NCBI GenBank assembly: GCA_947478175.1
Contig: CANJUQ010000001.1
Coordinates: 129,883-193,882 of the forward strand
DNA length: 64,000 bases
Direction of reading: 5' to 3'
From: Thiotrichales bacterium
GTDB lineage: Bacteria; Pseudomonadota; Gammaproteobacteria; Francisellales; CACEW01
Below the pieces are notes generated by a model, which saw only the letters and a list, made by a program, of their open reading frames with translations, searched no databases and was not told the origin of the DNA. Of this stretch, positions 40,604 through 51,652 are shown one piece after another (the stretch's first letter is position 1; the number at the start of each line of letters is the position of its first letter). Position numbers and translations under genes: made by a program.

Positions 40604-41419
40604 TTAAATAAAAATATTTAAACAATCCGAGAACACACCATCAACCCCCTGGGTAGATAAATATTCCATGGTTTTTAAATCATTGACGGTATAAGCCAAT
40701 AAATATGGCACTTGGCAATTAGCCTGAATTTGCTTGATTTGTTTTATGTGTTCTGGCGTCAAAGCATCGGCGTTTATATTTAGAGATAAACAGGAGAGCG
40801 CCTGTAATTCTGCGGAAATTTTGTTTTTTAATTTTAAAAAATCTTGATCCCAAGATTTAATAAAACAGAGATATCCCAAAGAAAGTTCAGACGGTGCGAA
40901 ATTTTTTCTGACTAGAAATAAAGCCTCAGGAGAAAAACTAGAGATTAAAATTTTTGAATAATATTTGGGGTCTAATTTTTTAAGATTTTTAAGCCATTGG
41001 ATCAAAGCTTCTGTGATTTTTTTATTTTGGGCTCTAGACGCTATGTCTGAATTTTTAGAAGTTTTAATTTCAATATTAACTTTTGTCTGACAAGCCGGGT
41101 CTAGAAATAAAGCCATCACTTGATCCAAAGTTGAAACGCGAGCGCCGGAAAATTTTGAATCCTTCCAAGAACCGGCATCTAATAATTGAATTTTATTTAA
41201 AACTAAATCTTGAACTCGACCTGTCCCAGAAGTGGTTCTATCTAAAGTTTCATCATGGATAACCACTAAATAATTATCTTGGGTTAACTGGACATCGAAC
41301 TCACACATAAAGCTGCCAAAACTAATGGCCTTCTTGAAAGCTTCTAAAGTATTTTCAGGGGCATCGTGAGCACCGCCTCGGTGGGCGATGAGAGGCGGGA
41401 TTGATTCCAGAGAATTCAT
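40604..41419 (-). CDS. Glycerophosphodiester phosphodiesterase family protein
   Basis: IAHRGG..APENTLEAF...EFDVQLT.D...VVIHDETLDRTT. The ATG at 41419 forms an ATGA overlap with the upstream DUF2442 stop (GTG alternative at 41431). Confidence 0.8.
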   Translation of the reverse strand: MNSLESIPPLIAHRGGAHDAPENTLEAFKKAISFGSFMCEFDVQLTQDNYLVVIHDETLDRTTSGTGRVQDLVLNKIQLLDAGSWKDSKFSGARVSTLDQVMALFLDPACQTKVNIEIKTSKNSDIASRAQNKKITEALIQWLKNLKKLDPKYYSKILISSFSPEALFLVRKNFAPSELSLGYLCFIKSWDQDFLKLKNKISAELQALSCLSLNINADALTPEHIKQIKQIQANCQVPYLLAYTVNDLKTMEYLSTQGVDGVFSDCLNIFI

Positions 41420-41733
41420 TTCAAGCGCCACTCTCCACTTTTCTTGAACTGTGCATACATGACATCAGGCGCTAAATCGACTTCACCCGGCCAAGTGGTC
41501 ACACCATATTCAACAAAGACCTGTTTAAATAATTCAGAATCTCTGAGCATGGCAAAAACACCCGCCTTATCGCTGAAGATCCGATCTTTCATAAAAACTT
41601 TACCCAAAGTCTTGTCCATAAATTCCACTTCAAGACAGTAGTCAGGCAAGGCTTTGACCGCCTTTACATCATCAGGGCTTTTACAAATTATTTGAGGGGC
41701 GCTATTTTTTTTGGCGTCTGATTTTGCTGACAT
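41416..41733 (-). CDS. DUF2442-family protein (partner of DUF4160)
   Basis: 105 aa. VKAVKALPDYCLEVEFMD fits the DUF2442 N-terminal pattern. It overlaps the DUF4160 gene. Confidence 0.65.
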   Translation of the reverse strand: MSAKSDAKKNSAPQIICKSPDDVKAVKALPDYCLEVEFMDKTLGKVFMKDRIFSDKAGVFAMLRDSELFKQVFVEYGVTTWPGEVDLAPDVMYAQFKKSGEWRLK

Positions 41734-41948
41734 AATTCCCAGTCCTCTAATAATTTTGATCGGTTAAGTGATGCCCATTCTAAGATAAGACTTAAAGCAC
41801 GATTTGGCATTTTTCCATTCATGACCTCTAACGTATGAATGTTTACTGCCACTTTGTATTTGTCATATCTCGCATGAAAATGCGGAGGAGCATGTTCATT
41901 CCAAAACATCTGAATGAGTATTCCGTAAAACATACTGATAGTCGGCAT
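41688..41948 (-). CDS. DUF4160-family protein
   Basis: MPTISMFYGILIQMFWNEHAPPHFHARY is the hallmark N-terminus of DUF4160. Confidence 0.75.
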   Translation of the reverse strand: MPTISMFYGILIQMFWNEHAPPHFHARYDKYKVAVNIHTLEVMNGKMPNRALSLILEWASLNRSKLLEDWELCQQNQTPKKIAPLK

Positions 41949-42137
41949 TACAAATCACCCAAGTTAGTCATCAATAAAAGCGCGAAAGTATAGGGATGGG
42001 ACTAGCCAGCAGCAAGCTTCTTATCAGTCTCTTATCAAGCCTTTTATCCCTCTATTAAACACTCAATCAACAGATGCTTTTTCCTTCTAACTCCGTACAA
42101 TGGCGCCACTTTTTTCCGACCCAAGAGTTCTTTGCGC

Positions 42138-44150
42138 ATGCCCTCTTCACGTGAATTAGCCAATGCCCTTCGTTTTCTCAGTATGGATTCCGTTCAAAAA
42201 GCTAACTCTGGACATCCTGGCATGCCCATGGGGATGGCAGACATCGCGCAAGTGCTCTGGGGACAAGTGTTAAAACACAATCCGCAAGATCCTCACTGGA
42301 TCAATCGAGACCGTTTTGTTTTATCTAATGGTCATGGTTCAGCGCTTTTATATTCGCTCTTGCATCTGACGGGCTATGACTTGTCGATTCAAGATCTTCA
42401 GAATTTCAGACAGCTTCATTCAAAAACCCCAGGCCACCCAGAATTGGGTTATACCCCTGGCGTTGAAACAACCACAGGACCTTTAGGCCAAGGCTTAGCT
42501 AACGCTGTTGGCATGGCCATTGCCGAAAGAGCCTTAGCTAATAATTTTAACAAACCTGGCTTGTCCATTATTGATCACTTCACCTATGTTTTTTGTGGCG
42601 ATGGTTGTTTGATGGAAGGGATCTCCCATGAAGCTTGTTCCCTCGCAGGAACCTTGGGATTGGGTAAATTAATTTTATTCTGGGATGACAATAAGATTTC
42701 GATTGATGGTGATGTCCATGGTTGGTTTACGGATGACACGGCTAAGCGTTTTGAATCTTATGGCTGGCAAGTAATTCGTAATGTCGATGGCCATGACCCG
42801 ACAGATATCAAACAAGCCATTGCACTCGCCCGTGATAATTATGCACAGCCGACGTTGATCTGCTGCCGGACAACCATTGGCTATGGCGCGCCGACTAAAG
42901 CAGGAACTGCAGCGACTCATGGGGCGCCATTAGGTGACGAAGAAATTAAAAAAACACGTGAAGCGTTAGGCTGGCCTTATCCCGCTTTTGAAATCCCCCA
43001 TGGAATTAAGTCTGCCTGGGATCAAAAAGACAAAGGCCTGAAATATCAAACCACCTGGGAAATTTTATTAGATCAATATCAAAAAGTTTATCCAGATCTT
43101 GCAGCTGAATTACTACGCCGAACTCAAAATCAATTGCCCAGTACTTGGAAAGATTTTGCTGACAATTGGATTAACCAGATTCAAAAAAACGGCAAGAACA
43201 TGGCGACTCGCCAGTCTTCCCAGGTTGCCCTAGAAAATCTCATGGCTCAATTGCCTGAATTACTCGGTGGATCAGCTGATTTAACCGGCTCTAATTTAAC
43301 TAAGACTTCGCATTCGACAGTTTTGTCTTTAGATAACCCAGCTGGGAACTATTTATTTTATGGCGTCAGAGAATTTGGCATGTCGGCCATCATGAATGGG
43401 ATTGCTGTTTATGGCGGGTTTATTCCCTATGGCGGAACGTTCTTAGTGTTCTCAGATTACAGTCGGAATGCCATTCGTATGGCGGCCATCATGAAACAAC
43501 GCGTGATTCATGTTTTAACCCATGATTCGATTGGCTTAGGCGAAGATGGCCCCACCCATCAACCCATCGAACACTTAGCTTCACTGAGAATTATTCCCAA
43601 TGTCATGGTCTGGAGACCGGCCGATGACGTCGAAACTTTCATGGCTTGGAAAATGGCGATTGAAAACATGAATGGCCCGACTTGTTTAGCGCTCTCCCGC
43701 CAAACTTTGCCTCATTTAGAACGTTTAGAACGCTCTGACATGGTTTTAAGTAACATGGCAAAAGGCGGTTATGTCTTATCTGAAGCTAAAAATCCCGTTC
43801 TGACTTTGTTAGCAACAGGATCAGAAATAGCCCTCGCAATGGCGGCCCAAACAGCCCTTGAAAAATCAGGGATTTCTGCCCAAGTGGTCTCGATGCCTTG
43901 TTTAAATCTTTTCGAAAAACAAGAAATGGCTTATCAAAATCAAATCTTACCCAAAGAGCTTCCCATGATCGTCATCGAAGCGGGAAGCCCAGATTCTTGG
44001 TATCGCTATGTCGGCCAAACCGGTCGCAAAGGCCATATTATTGCCATGCATTCTTTTGGTGAATCTGCCCCAGCGCCTAAGCTTTTCGAGCATTTTGGTT
44101 TTACTATCGAAAATATTTGTGCCCAAGCCAAGGCGGTTTTGTCAAACTAA
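42138..44150 (+). CDS. tkt: Transketolase
   Basis: [14 protein letters not shown] and [14 protein letters not shown] prefer the ATG at 42138 to the TTG at 42132. Confidence 0.95.
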   Translation: MPSSRELANALRFLSMDSVQKANSGHPGMPMGMADIAQVLWGQVLKHNPQDPHWINRDRFVLSNGHGSALLYSLLHLTGYDLSIQDLQNFRQLHSKTPGHPELGYTPGVETTTGPLGQGLANAVGMAIAERALANNFNKPGLSIIDHFTYVFCGDGCLMEGISHEACSLAGTLGLGKLILFWDDNKISIDGDVHGWFTDDTAKRFESYGWQVIRNVDGHDPTDIKQAIALARDNYAQPTLICCRTTIGYGAPTKAGTAATHGAPLGDEEIKKTREALGWPYPAFEIPHGIKSAWDQKDKGLKYQTTWEILLDQYQKVYPDLAAELLRRTQNQLPSTWKDFADNWINQIQKNGKNMATRQSSQVALENLMAQLPELLGGSADLTGSNLTKTSHSTVLSLDNPAGNYLFYGVREFGMSAIMNGIAVYGGFIPYGGTFLVFSDYSRNAIRMAAIMKQRVIHVLTHDSIGLGEDGPTHQPIEHLASLRIIPNVMVWRPADDVETFMAWKMAIENMNGPTCLALSRQTLPHLERLERSDMVLSNMAKGGYVLSEAKNPVLTLLATGSEIALAMAAQTALEKSGISAQVVSMPCLNLFEKQEMAYQNQILPKELPMIVIEAGSPDSWYRYVGQTGRKGHIIAMHSFGESAPAPKLFEHFGFTIENICAQAKAVLSN

Positions 44151-44256
44151 TAATATAATTAAACGTGATTATATTTTGTAATTTTATATATTTCAGGGCC
44201 CTGACCTATTTTTAGCATTTTTAGTATTTTTAAATTGATTAATTAATGGAGGAATA

Positions 44257-45282
44257 ATGAGTACCAAAAGTATCAAAGTCGCAATTAATGGCTACGGCCG
44301 TATCGGAAGAAATATCTTAAGAGCCAAATACGAAGGCAATCGAGATGATATCGAGATTGTCGCAATCAATGACTTAGGCGATGTGAATATCAATGCACAT
44401 CTGACCAAACATGACACAACCCACGGCCCCTTCCATGGGGATGTTTCTGTCGATGGAGACTGTTTAGTCATTAATGGCGATCGCATTAAAGTACTTTCCA
44501 TGCGTGATCCAAGCCAATTGCCTTGGGGTCAGTTAGGCGTTGATGTCGTCTTAGAATGCACGGGTTTATTTACTTCAAAAGAAAAAGCCAGCGCGCATCT
44601 TAAAGCAGGTGCCAAGAAAGTTATTATTTCTGCTCCGGGTGGCAAAGACGTCGATGCGACTATTGTTTATGGCGTCAATCATCAAATCTTAAAAAGCACC
44701 GACACGGTCATTTCTAATGCATCATGTACGACTAACTGCCTAGCACCGTTAGCTCAAGCACTGCATCAAAAATTGGGCATCGTCCAAGGCCTTATGACGA
44801 CGATTCATGCGATGACCAATGATCAAGTCTTAGTCGATGTTTATCACTCTGATGTTCGTCGTGCTCGCTCGGCTGTTAGCTCTATGATTCCTACTAAAAC
44901 TGGCGCTGCTGCTGCAGTAGGCTTGGTTCTTCCAGAGCTCAATGGCAAGTTAGATGGCTTTGCGATGAGAGTTCCGACGATCAACGTCTCTGTCGTCGAT
45001 TTAACTTTTACGGCAGCTCGTGAAACCAGCGTTGAAGAAGTGAATCAAATTTTAATCGACGCAGCGAATGGGGAACTCAAGGGTATCTTGTCCGTCAATA
45101 CAGAGCCTTTGGTTTCAATTGATTTTAATCATAATCCCCACTCATCTATTTTTGATGAAACTCAAACCAAAGTGATTGGCAACTTAGTGAAAGTTTTGTC
45201 CTGGTATGACAACGAATGGGGCTTTTCTAACCGCATGTTAGATACGACCGTAGCACTCATGAAAGCGGCTCAGGCCAAATAA
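44257..45282 (+). CDS. gap: Glyceraldehyde-3-phosphate dehydrogenase
   Basis: [10 protein letters not shown], the active site [12 protein letters not shown], and WYDNEWGFS. Confidence 0.95.
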   Translation: MSTKSIKVAINGYGRIGRNILRAKYEGNRDDIEIVAINDLGDVNINAHLTKHDTTHGPFHGDVSVDGDCLVINGDRIKVLSMRDPSQLPWGQLGVDVVLECTGLFTSKEKASAHLKAGAKKVIISAPGGKDVDATIVYGVNHQILKSTDTVISNASCTTNCLAPLAQALHQKLGIVQGLMTTIHAMTNDQVLVDVYHSDVRRARSAVSSMIPTKTGAAAAVGLVLPELNGKLDGFAMRVPTINVSVVDLTFTAARETSVEEVNQILIDAANGELKGILSVNTEPLVSIDFNHNPHSSIFDETQTKVIGNLVKVLSWYDNEWGFSNRMLDTTVALMKAAQAK

Positions 45283-45314
45283 ATAAAACTAGCTAAGCCA
45301 TTAGGAGAAACGAT

Positions 45315-46508
45315 ATGAGTGTGAACGTCATTCGGATGCAAGAGTTAAATCTCTCGCAAAAACGAGTGCTAATTCGTGTTGATTTTAATGTCCCTGTGAA
45401 AGACGGAAAAGTCACATCAGATGCGCGTATTCGAGCTTGCCTACCTACCATTGAACTGGCGCTTAAACAGCAAGCTTGTTTGATGCTGATGTCACACTTA
45501 GGTCGCCCTACTGAAGGGGTCTTCGACGAAGAATCTTCGATGGCCCCCGTTGCTAAACATCTTTCTGAGTTATTAAAAAAACCGGTTCGCTTAGAAAAAA
45601 ACTGGCTGGACGGTGTCAAAGTTTCTCCAGGCGAGATCGTCATGTTCGAAAACGTGAGATTTAACTTGGGTGAAAATAAAGATGATGACGCCCTCTCTCA
45701 AAAAATGGCCAAACTCTGCGATGTCTTTGTCATGGATGCATTTGGTACCGCTCATCGGGCTCAAGCGTCAACGCATGGCATCGCAAAATATGCGCCAATT
45801 GCTTGCGCGGGGCCTTTATTAACGGCTGAACTCGAGGCTTTATCTCAAGCCTTTGATCATCCCAAAAAGCCATTAGTAGCCATCGTTGCCGGCTCTAAAG
45901 TTTCAACCAAGTTAACGCTCTTAAAAAATCTCGCCAAAAAAGTGGACCAATTGATTGTCGGCGGCGGCATCGCGAATACTTTTTTAGCCGCGACGGGACA
46001 TCCTGTCGGAAAATCTCTTTATGAGCCTGATCTCGTCGACCAAGCCAAAGAGATCATGGCAATTATTCAAAACGAAGGGGGCTTTGTGCCATTACCCTCC
46101 GATGTCGTCGTGGCTAATCGATTTGCAGAAGAAGCTCCAGCTACTACCAAAGAAATCGATGAAGTGACCCCTGAAGACATGATTTTAGATATCGGACCTC
46201 ATTCGTCTAAAGCCTTAGGTGAATTATTAAAAAAAGCCGGAACCATTGTTTGGAATGGTCCCGTGGGTGTTTTTGAATTCAAAGCATTCAGCCATGGAAC
46301 CGAATCGATTGCTCGAGCGATTGCCCATAGCCCTGCTTTCTCAATTGCTGGTGGTGGCGATACGTTAGCTGCAATCGAAAAATTCAATCTTGAAGACAAA
46401 ATTTCTTATATTTCGACCGGAGGCGGTGCTTTCTTAGAATTCTTAGAGGGTCAGACCTTACCTGCCGTTGCCATTTTAGAAACCCGAAAAAAAAATCAAA
46501 AAAATTAA
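45315..46508 (+). CDS. pgk: Phosphoglycerate kinase
   Basis: RVDFNVP, SHLGRP, and [13 protein letters not shown]. Confidence 0.95.
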   Translation: MSVNVIRMQELNLSQKRVLIRVDFNVPVKDGKVTSDARIRACLPTIELALKQQACLMLMSHLGRPTEGVFDEESSMAPVAKHLSELLKKPVRLEKNWLDGVKVSPGEIVMFENVRFNLGENKDDDALSQKMAKLCDVFVMDAFGTAHRAQASTHGIAKYAPIACAGPLLTAELEALSQAFDHPKKPLVAIVAGSKVSTKLTLLKNLAKKVDQLIVGGGIANTFLAATGHPVGKSLYEPDLVDQAKEIMAIIQNEGGFVPLPSDVVVANRFAEEAPATTKEIDEVTPEDMILDIGPHSSKALGELLKKAGTIVWNGPVGVFEFKAFSHGTESIARAIAHSPAFSIAGGGDTLAAIEKFNLEDKISYISTGGGAFLEFLEGQTLPAVAILETRKKNQKN

Positions 46509-46544
46509 AAAAATTAAAAAAATAAACCCAGAAGGATTAACCCC

Positions 46545-47975
46545 ATGCGTCGCGTCAAAATACTAGCAACCCTCGGCCCCGCCTCTCAAGACGAAGTCAT
46601 ACTGACCAAGATGGTCATGGCAGGCCTCAATGCTGTTCGCTGTAATTTCTCTCATGGAACGCCTGAAGATCACGCAAAACGCGTTGATTTAGTCCGTCAG
46701 ATCATGGCCAAAACAGGCAAAACGATTGCGATTTTGGGAGATCTACAAGGCCCTAAAATCCGTGTCGCCAAATTTAAAGCAGGTAAAATTCTTTTAAACG
46801 ACGGGGATTTATTTATTTTAGATTCTTCTTTAGGCCGTGAAGAAGGCGACCAAACTCAAGTCGGAATTGACTACAAAGAGCTCCCAAAAGATGTAAAACC
46901 GGGTGATATTTTATTATTAGATGACGGCAAAATTATTTTCGAAGTTTTATCTACCAATGGCGTTCAAGTCCAATGCGTCGTCACTGCAGGCGGTGTTTTG
47001 TCCAATAACAAGGGCATCAATAAACAAGGCGGTGGTCTGACAGCTCCGGCTCTCACAGAAAAAGACAAAGAAGATATCAAAACAGCCGCCAAACTTGGCA
47101 TGGACTATGTCGCTGTTTCTTTTGTCAGATCTGCCAGTGATGTCGAATATGCCCGCCAATTGCTTCAAGCCGAAGGTTCTTTCGCAGGGATTGTTTCTAA
47201 AATCGAACGGGTCGAAGCCGTAGAAAATCTTGACGAAATCATTCAAGCCTCAGACGTTGTCATGGTTGCCAGAGGGGATTTAGCTGTCGAAGTCGGCGAC
47301 GCCCAAGTCCCGGGCATTCAAAAAAGAATCATTCAACGCTGCCGTGAGTTAGACAAAGTCGCCATTACTGCCACTCAAATGCTTGAATCCATGATCGAAT
47401 GCCCAACGCCAACACGTGCTGAAGTTTCTGATATTGCTAACTCAGTGTTAGACGGAACGGATGTTGTCATGCTCTCAGCTGAAACGGCTTCTGGGAAATA
47501 CCCTGTGAAATCGATCGAAGCCATGGATCGAGTGATTCTTGCCGTCGAAAAAGATCCTGTGACATTCACTTCTAAACATCGCGTCGAATTAAAATTTGAT
47601 CGCGTGGATGAAGCCATTGCGATGGCCAGCATGTACACCGCGAATCATATTCATGCCAAAGCCATTATTGCGATGACAGAATCCGGTGCAACGACGCTTT
47701 GGATGTCTCGCATTCGTTCAAAGCTGCCTATTTATGCACTGACCAAAAACCCCAGCACCATGGGACGCGTTATGTTATACCGCGGTGTGTTTCCTATTTA
47801 TTTTGATTCCGCCCAATTATCTAGCGATCAAATTAATCGTCAGGCCATTGAAGAGCTTACTAAAAGAGATTTGGTTCAAAATAATGATCTAGTGATTTTG
47901 ACTTCTGGAGACCATGCTGGTGTTCATGGTGGAACGAACAAAATGAAAATTCTGAAAGTAGGAGAAGTTGTTTAA
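46545..47975 (+). CDS. pyk: Pyruvate kinase
   Basis: KILATLGPAS, NFSHG, MVARGDLAVE and MLESM. Confidence 0.95.
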   Translation: MRRVKILATLGPASQDEVILTKMVMAGLNAVRCNFSHGTPEDHAKRVDLVRQIMAKTGKTIAILGDLQGPKIRVAKFKAGKILLNDGDLFILDSSLGREEGDQTQVGIDYKELPKDVKPGDILLLDDGKIIFEVLSTNGVQVQCVVTAGGVLSNNKGINKQGGGLTAPALTEKDKEDIKTAAKLGMDYVAVSFVRSASDVEYARQLLQAEGSFAGIVSKIERVEAVENLDEIIQASDVVMVARGDLAVEVGDAQVPGIQKRIIQRCRELDKVAITATQMLESMIECPTPTRAEVSDIANSVLDGTDVVMLSAETASGKYPVKSIEAMDRVILAVEKDPVTFTSKHRVELKFDRVDEAIAMASMYTANHIHAKAIIAMTESGATTLWMSRIRSKLPIYALTKNPSTMGRVMLYRGVFPIYFDSAQLSSDQINRQAIEELTKRDLVQNNDLVILTSGDHAGVHGGTNKMKILKVGEVV

Positions 47976-47978
47976 TTC

Positions 47979-48070
47979 ACCCCCTCTCTGCCCCTCAACG
48001 CCAATGCATTTCGGGCCTGTCTCTCCCGCAGGGGGAGAGACGATTCAAGCAGTCAGCAGGGCCTAAATTT
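47979..48070 (+). repeat. Dispersed ~93-bp element, copy A (internal hairpin GTCTCTCCC-gcagg-GGGAGAGAC at 48019-48041)
   Basis: About 85% identical by eye, in the same orientation, to 56571-56663. It starts 4 nt after the pyk stop. Confidence 0.8.
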
Positions 48071-48117
48071 AAAAACCCAATTTAAAAACCCAATTTAAAA
48101 ACCCAATTTAAAAACCC
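48066..48117 (+). repeat. Perfect tandem repeat, 4 x 13 bp (AATTTAAAAACCC), ending 1 nt before the fba Shine-Dalgarno
   Basis: Units at 48066, 48079, 48092 and 48105, followed by AAGGAGAGAACATC-ATG (fba, 48132). Confidence 0.95.
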
Positions 48118-48131
48118 AAGGAGAGAACATC

Positions 48132-49196
48132 ATGGCTTTAATATCCCTCAGACAGCTCTTAGATCACGCGGCAGAATTTGGGTACGGCATTCCCGCATTC
48201 AATGTCAATAATTTGGAACAAGTCCGTGCCGCCATGGAAGCGGCTAATAAAGTCGACTCTCCTGTCATTCTTCAAGCCTCAGCTGGCGCTCGTAAATATT
48301 CTGGCGCTTGTTTTATTAAACATATGATTCTGGCAGCCATTGAAGAATGGCCTCATATTCCCGTCGTCATGCATCAAGACCATGGCGCTTCTCCTGATGT
48401 CTGCCAACGGTCTATTCAATTGGGTTTCTCTTCAGTCATGATGGATGGATCCCTTAAAGAAGACGCTAAGACTCCTGCTTCTTTCGAATATAACGTCGAA
48501 GTGACTCGCAGAACGGTCCAAATGGCTCATGCTTGTGGTGTCTCCGTCGAGGGCGAATTAGGCGTCCTAGGCTCACTAGAAACGGGTATGGCAGGTGAAG
48601 AAGATGGCGGTGGCGCAGAGGGCCAACTCGATCACAGTCAATTACTGACCGACCCTGAAGAAGCTGCAAGATTTGTCAAAGAAACTCACGTAGATGCTTT
48701 AGCGATTGCGATTGGGACTTCTCATGGTGCTTATAAATTTAGCCGACCCCCCACTGGCGATATTTTGGCCATTGAGCAAATCAAAAAAATTCACGCACGT
48801 ATTCCCGATACCCACCTGGTCATGCATGGTTCTTCTTCTGTGCCACAAGAGTGGCTAGCAATCATTAATGAATTTGGTGGCGATATGGGTGAGACCTATG
48901 GCGTCCCTGTGTCAGAAATCTGCGAGGGGATAAAGCATGGTGTTCGTAAAATTAATATTGATACTGATTTAAGAATGGCAGCGACCGGCGCGATCAGAAA
49001 ATTCTTTGCTAAAAATCCAGCGGAATTTGACCCCAGAAAATATTTAGGGGTCTCTAAAACAGCCATGAGCGAAATTTGCCAAGCCCGTTATGAAGCTTTT
49101 GGCTCTGCAGGACAGGCTTCTAAAATAAAACCCGTTTCTTTAGAGACCATGTATGAGCGATATTTGACTGGAAAATTAAATCCAAGAATTAAATAA
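48132..49196 (+). CDS. fba: Class II fructose-bisphosphate aldolase
   Basis: PAFNVNN, HQDHG, and GTSHGAYKF. 354 aa. Confidence 0.95.
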   Translation: MALISLRQLLDHAAEFGYGIPAFNVNNLEQVRAAMEAANKVDSPVILQASAGARKYSGACFIKHMILAAIEEWPHIPVVMHQDHGASPDVCQRSIQLGFSSVMMDGSLKEDAKTPASFEYNVEVTRRTVQMAHACGVSVEGELGVLGSLETGMAGEEDGGGAEGQLDHSQLLTDPEEAARFVKETHVDALAIAIGTSHGAYKFSRPPTGDILAIEQIKKIHARIPDTHLVMHGSSSVPQEWLAIINEFGGDMGETYGVPVSEICEGIKHGVRKINIDTDLRMAATGAIRKFFAKNPAEFDPRKYLGVSKTAMSEICQARYEAFGSAGQASKIKPVSLETMYERYLTGKLNPRIK

Positions 49197-49224
49197 AAAT
49201 TAAATAAAAAAAACCATAATTATC

Positions 49225-49245
49225 AAGGCGCTAAGGCGCCTTTTT
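49225..49245 (+). terminator. Rho-independent terminator of fba
   Basis: AAGGCGC-taag-GCGCCTT followed by TTTTT. Confidence 0.7.
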
Positions 49246-49381
49246 AATTATCACCCCCCCTTTAACACTCTAGAAATTATTACGATATACTCCGCCCCGC
49301 TTTGGGGGTAAAAAATCGGTGGCTTACAGTAAAAACTTGGTGTAAAGTCGCGCCGTTTTTTTGCTAGGGGATCAGGTATAA

Positions 49382-50950
49382 GTGAAGAAGGCGTCAAATC
49401 TCAAGATGGATTTTGGACAGAAGCAACAGAGTGCTAATAGCGATCGTCATATCGACATTGCCTCTGATGGGAGCCTAAAACGGGGACTGAAGTCCCGGCA
49501 TATTCAGCTAATCGCACTCGGTGGGATTATTGGATCATGTTACTTTTTGGGAACAGGCGCAGTCGTTGCAAGTGTTGGCCCTGCTGCGTGTTTAGCTTAT
49601 ATCTTCGGCGGTTTAATCATATATCTCACCATGCTCTGCATGGGCGAGCTTGCCGTTGCTATTCCTACTTCGGGTTCTTTTGTTAACTATGCCTCTGATT
49701 TTATTTCCCCCTCTTTTGCCTGTGGCGTGGGCTGGTCTTATTGGATCAACTGGATTGCTTATATCCCTGCTGAATGTGTTGCTGCAGGTATTATCATGCA
49801 TGCCTTTACAGGTATTTCGAGTTATCTCTGGGCTCTAGCCTTTGGCCTACTGATTACTTTTATTAATATCTCTCACGTTCGAATTTTTGGTGAAATCGAG
49901 TTCTGGCTAGCGATTGTTAAAATCGCTGCACTGGTCGGTTTCTCTGTTCTATCTCTCTTTATTTTCTTTGGCATGATTCATGGGCATCAGCCTCCTCATA
50001 TGATTGGTTTTAAATATCTAACCGGCCAAGGCGGATTATTTCCAAACGGCTGGGTGGCGTTTTTAACGGGCATGGTGCTTTTACTAGTCAACTATCAGGG
50101 CTCAGAAATCATTGGCCTCACTGCTGGTGAATCTCAAGATCCGATGAAAACCATTCCTAAAGCTATCCGTGCCGTAACCTTTCGAATTCTCATGATTTAT
50201 ATCATTCCCGTAATGCTCTTAGTGTTAATTTTCCCCTGGCAAAAAGCAGGACTGTCTAATTCAGTCTTTGCAGATGCATTAAGCCGCTATGGCTTAAATT
50301 GGGCCGGCGCTGTGATCAGTTTTGTCACGGTCACTGCCTCCCTTTCTTCTTCTAATTCTGGCTTCTATGGGACGGTGAGAGCCATGTTAGCGCTCTCTCG
50401 AAATGGCATGGCACCTAAAAGCTTATCCCAACTCAATAGACATTACGTCCCTCAAAGAGCCGTGTTTATGACATTGATTGCGGTCTGGATTATTTTGGGT
50501 GTGAGCTATTTCTTTGGAGATACTTCTCTTTATTTAGCCCTACTTTTAGTCTCTGGATTCACAGGGACTATTTGCTGGATTGCACTCTGCTGGTCTCAGA
50601 TTAATTTCCGAAAACGCTTTTTAGCCCGTGGCTACACCATCAAAGATCTCAGGTATAAAACTCCGGGAACACCCCATACAGGGGCCATTGCGATATTTCT
50701 GATGCTGTGTTGTTTAGGTCTTTTATTCTTCTCACCCGATCCGACTTATAAGATTGCCTTTGGAATCGGTTGCTGCACTTTGTTCATCCCGTTTACGTCG
50801 TATTATTTACTGTCCCGCTATAAACCCCACTGGATCCCTAAAATTCCGAGAAATCATTTGGGATTTGATGCGCTCTATCCCAAAAAAGATCGCACAGACC
50901 AAGAAAAAACGGATCAAGATAAATTAGACGAGTCCAATATTACTTTTTAA
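49382..50950 (+). CDS. Amino acid permease (APC superfamily, AAT type)
   Basis: RGLKSRHIQLIALGGIIGSCYFLGTG, about 12 TM segments. GTG start at 49382 (ATG alternative at 49406). Confidence 0.85.
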   Translation: MKKASNLKMDFGQKQQSANSDRHIDIASDGSLKRGLKSRHIQLIALGGIIGSCYFLGTGAVVASVGPAACLAYIFGGLIIYLTMLCMGELAVAIPTSGSFVNYASDFISPSFACGVGWSYWINWIAYIPAECVAAGIIMHAFTGISSYLWALAFGLLITFINISHVRIFGEIEFWLAIVKIAALVGFSVLSLFIFFGMIHGHQPPHMIGFKYLTGQGGLFPNGWVAFLTGMVLLLVNYQGSEIIGLTAGESQDPMKTIPKAIRAVTFRILMIYIIPVMLLVLIFPWQKAGLSNSVFADALSRYGLNWAGAVISFVTVTASLSSSNSGFYGTVRAMLALSRNGMAPKSLSQLNRHYVPQRAVFMTLIAVWIILGVSYFFGDTSLYLALLLVSGFTGTICWIALCWSQINFRKRFLARGYTIKDLRYKTPGTPHTGAIAIFLMLCCLGLLFFSPDPTYKIAFGIGCCTLFIPFTSYYLLSRYKPHWIPKIPRNHLGFDALYPKKDRTDQEKTDQDKLDESNITF

Positions 50951-51150
50951 AAATCACGACCCATTTGAAAAATATTTAATCCTTTGCCTACTTCAAGTCA
51001 GGCCTTCGGCAACTTCTCTAGTTACGGAACCTTACTAAATCTACGTTTTACACTGATGATTATTTGTAACTACCCAGGTAAGTAGTCACGAAAGTTTTTC
51101 CTATGGGTGATTAACTTTTTAGAATTAACGTGAACACAACCTAATTTCAA

Positions 51151-51489
51151 TTAATACAACACCTCTAATCCATGTATCGCCACCAAATTAAGAAGTTTGA
51201 GCGATGTACCAGTAGGGTGCCGTTCGCCTTGCTCCCATTTTTTAATCGTTTCAGGAGAAGTATTTAATAATTTTGCAAAAACTGGCTGACTGACTTTGAT
51301 ACTTTCCCGAATTTTTTTGATGTCATCCGCTTGTAAGTCTTTAACCTCAGGAAAATTAATTGAATACTCTTTCAATGTCGTCTCATCTATTTTTCCCATG
51401 TGATTCAAAATGCTGGCCATCTCTGAAATCGCATCACGAGCAACATCATTCATCGTTTTTTTAACAGGTTTTTTATTTTTAGAAATCAT
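51151..51489 (-). CDS. XRE-family HTH antitoxin (partner type of RelE-like/DUF1044 toxins)
   Basis: C-terminal HTH SQPVFAKLLNTSPETIKKWEQGERHPTGTSLKLLNLV. Confidence 0.7.
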   Translation of the reverse strand: MISKNKKPVKKTMNDVARDAISEMASILNHMGKIDETTLKEYSINFPEVKDLQADDIKKIRESIKVSQPVFAKLLNTSPETIKKWEQGERHPTGTSLKLLNLVAIHGLEVLY

Positions 51490-51490
51490 G

Positions 51491-51652
51491 TTAATTCACC
51501 TCTATTAATTCGCCGCGCTTACCCTGGCCTTCTCTGGCTACCCTCTTTTTAAAAAGACCGCCACCAAGATCCCCGTCTACCAAATGTTAACCAGATCAGG
51601 ATGGCCAAGGCGCTTTTTCTCTCCACTCGATAATGGCGGGTCTTTGAATCAT
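51491..51652 (-). pseudogene. Remnant of a RelE-like (DUF1044-type) toxin gene, frameshifted and 3'-truncated
   Basis: My minus-strand translation gives MIQRPAIIEWREKAPWPS*, then in another frame VDGDLGGGLFKKRVAREGQGKRGELIEVN*. DLGGG..K.R.AR.GQGK is the family core. The fragment stops 1 nt before the antitoxin start. Confidence 0.55.

Noticed and set aside
49246-49381. Possible leader or attenuator (CCCCgctttGGGG hairpin, then a weak stem followed by T7) upstream of the amino-acid permease.
   Set aside because: The stems are short (4-5 bp) and I recognise no known riboswitch or T-box features. Too weak to call without RNA structure or covariation analysis.
51020-51075. TAGTTAC ... GTAACTA half-sites resembling the higBA operator, downstream of the XRE antitoxin gene.
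   Set aside because: The half-sites are ~37 nt apart and lie 3' of the gene. A 7-mer match in AT-rich DNA is not significant.
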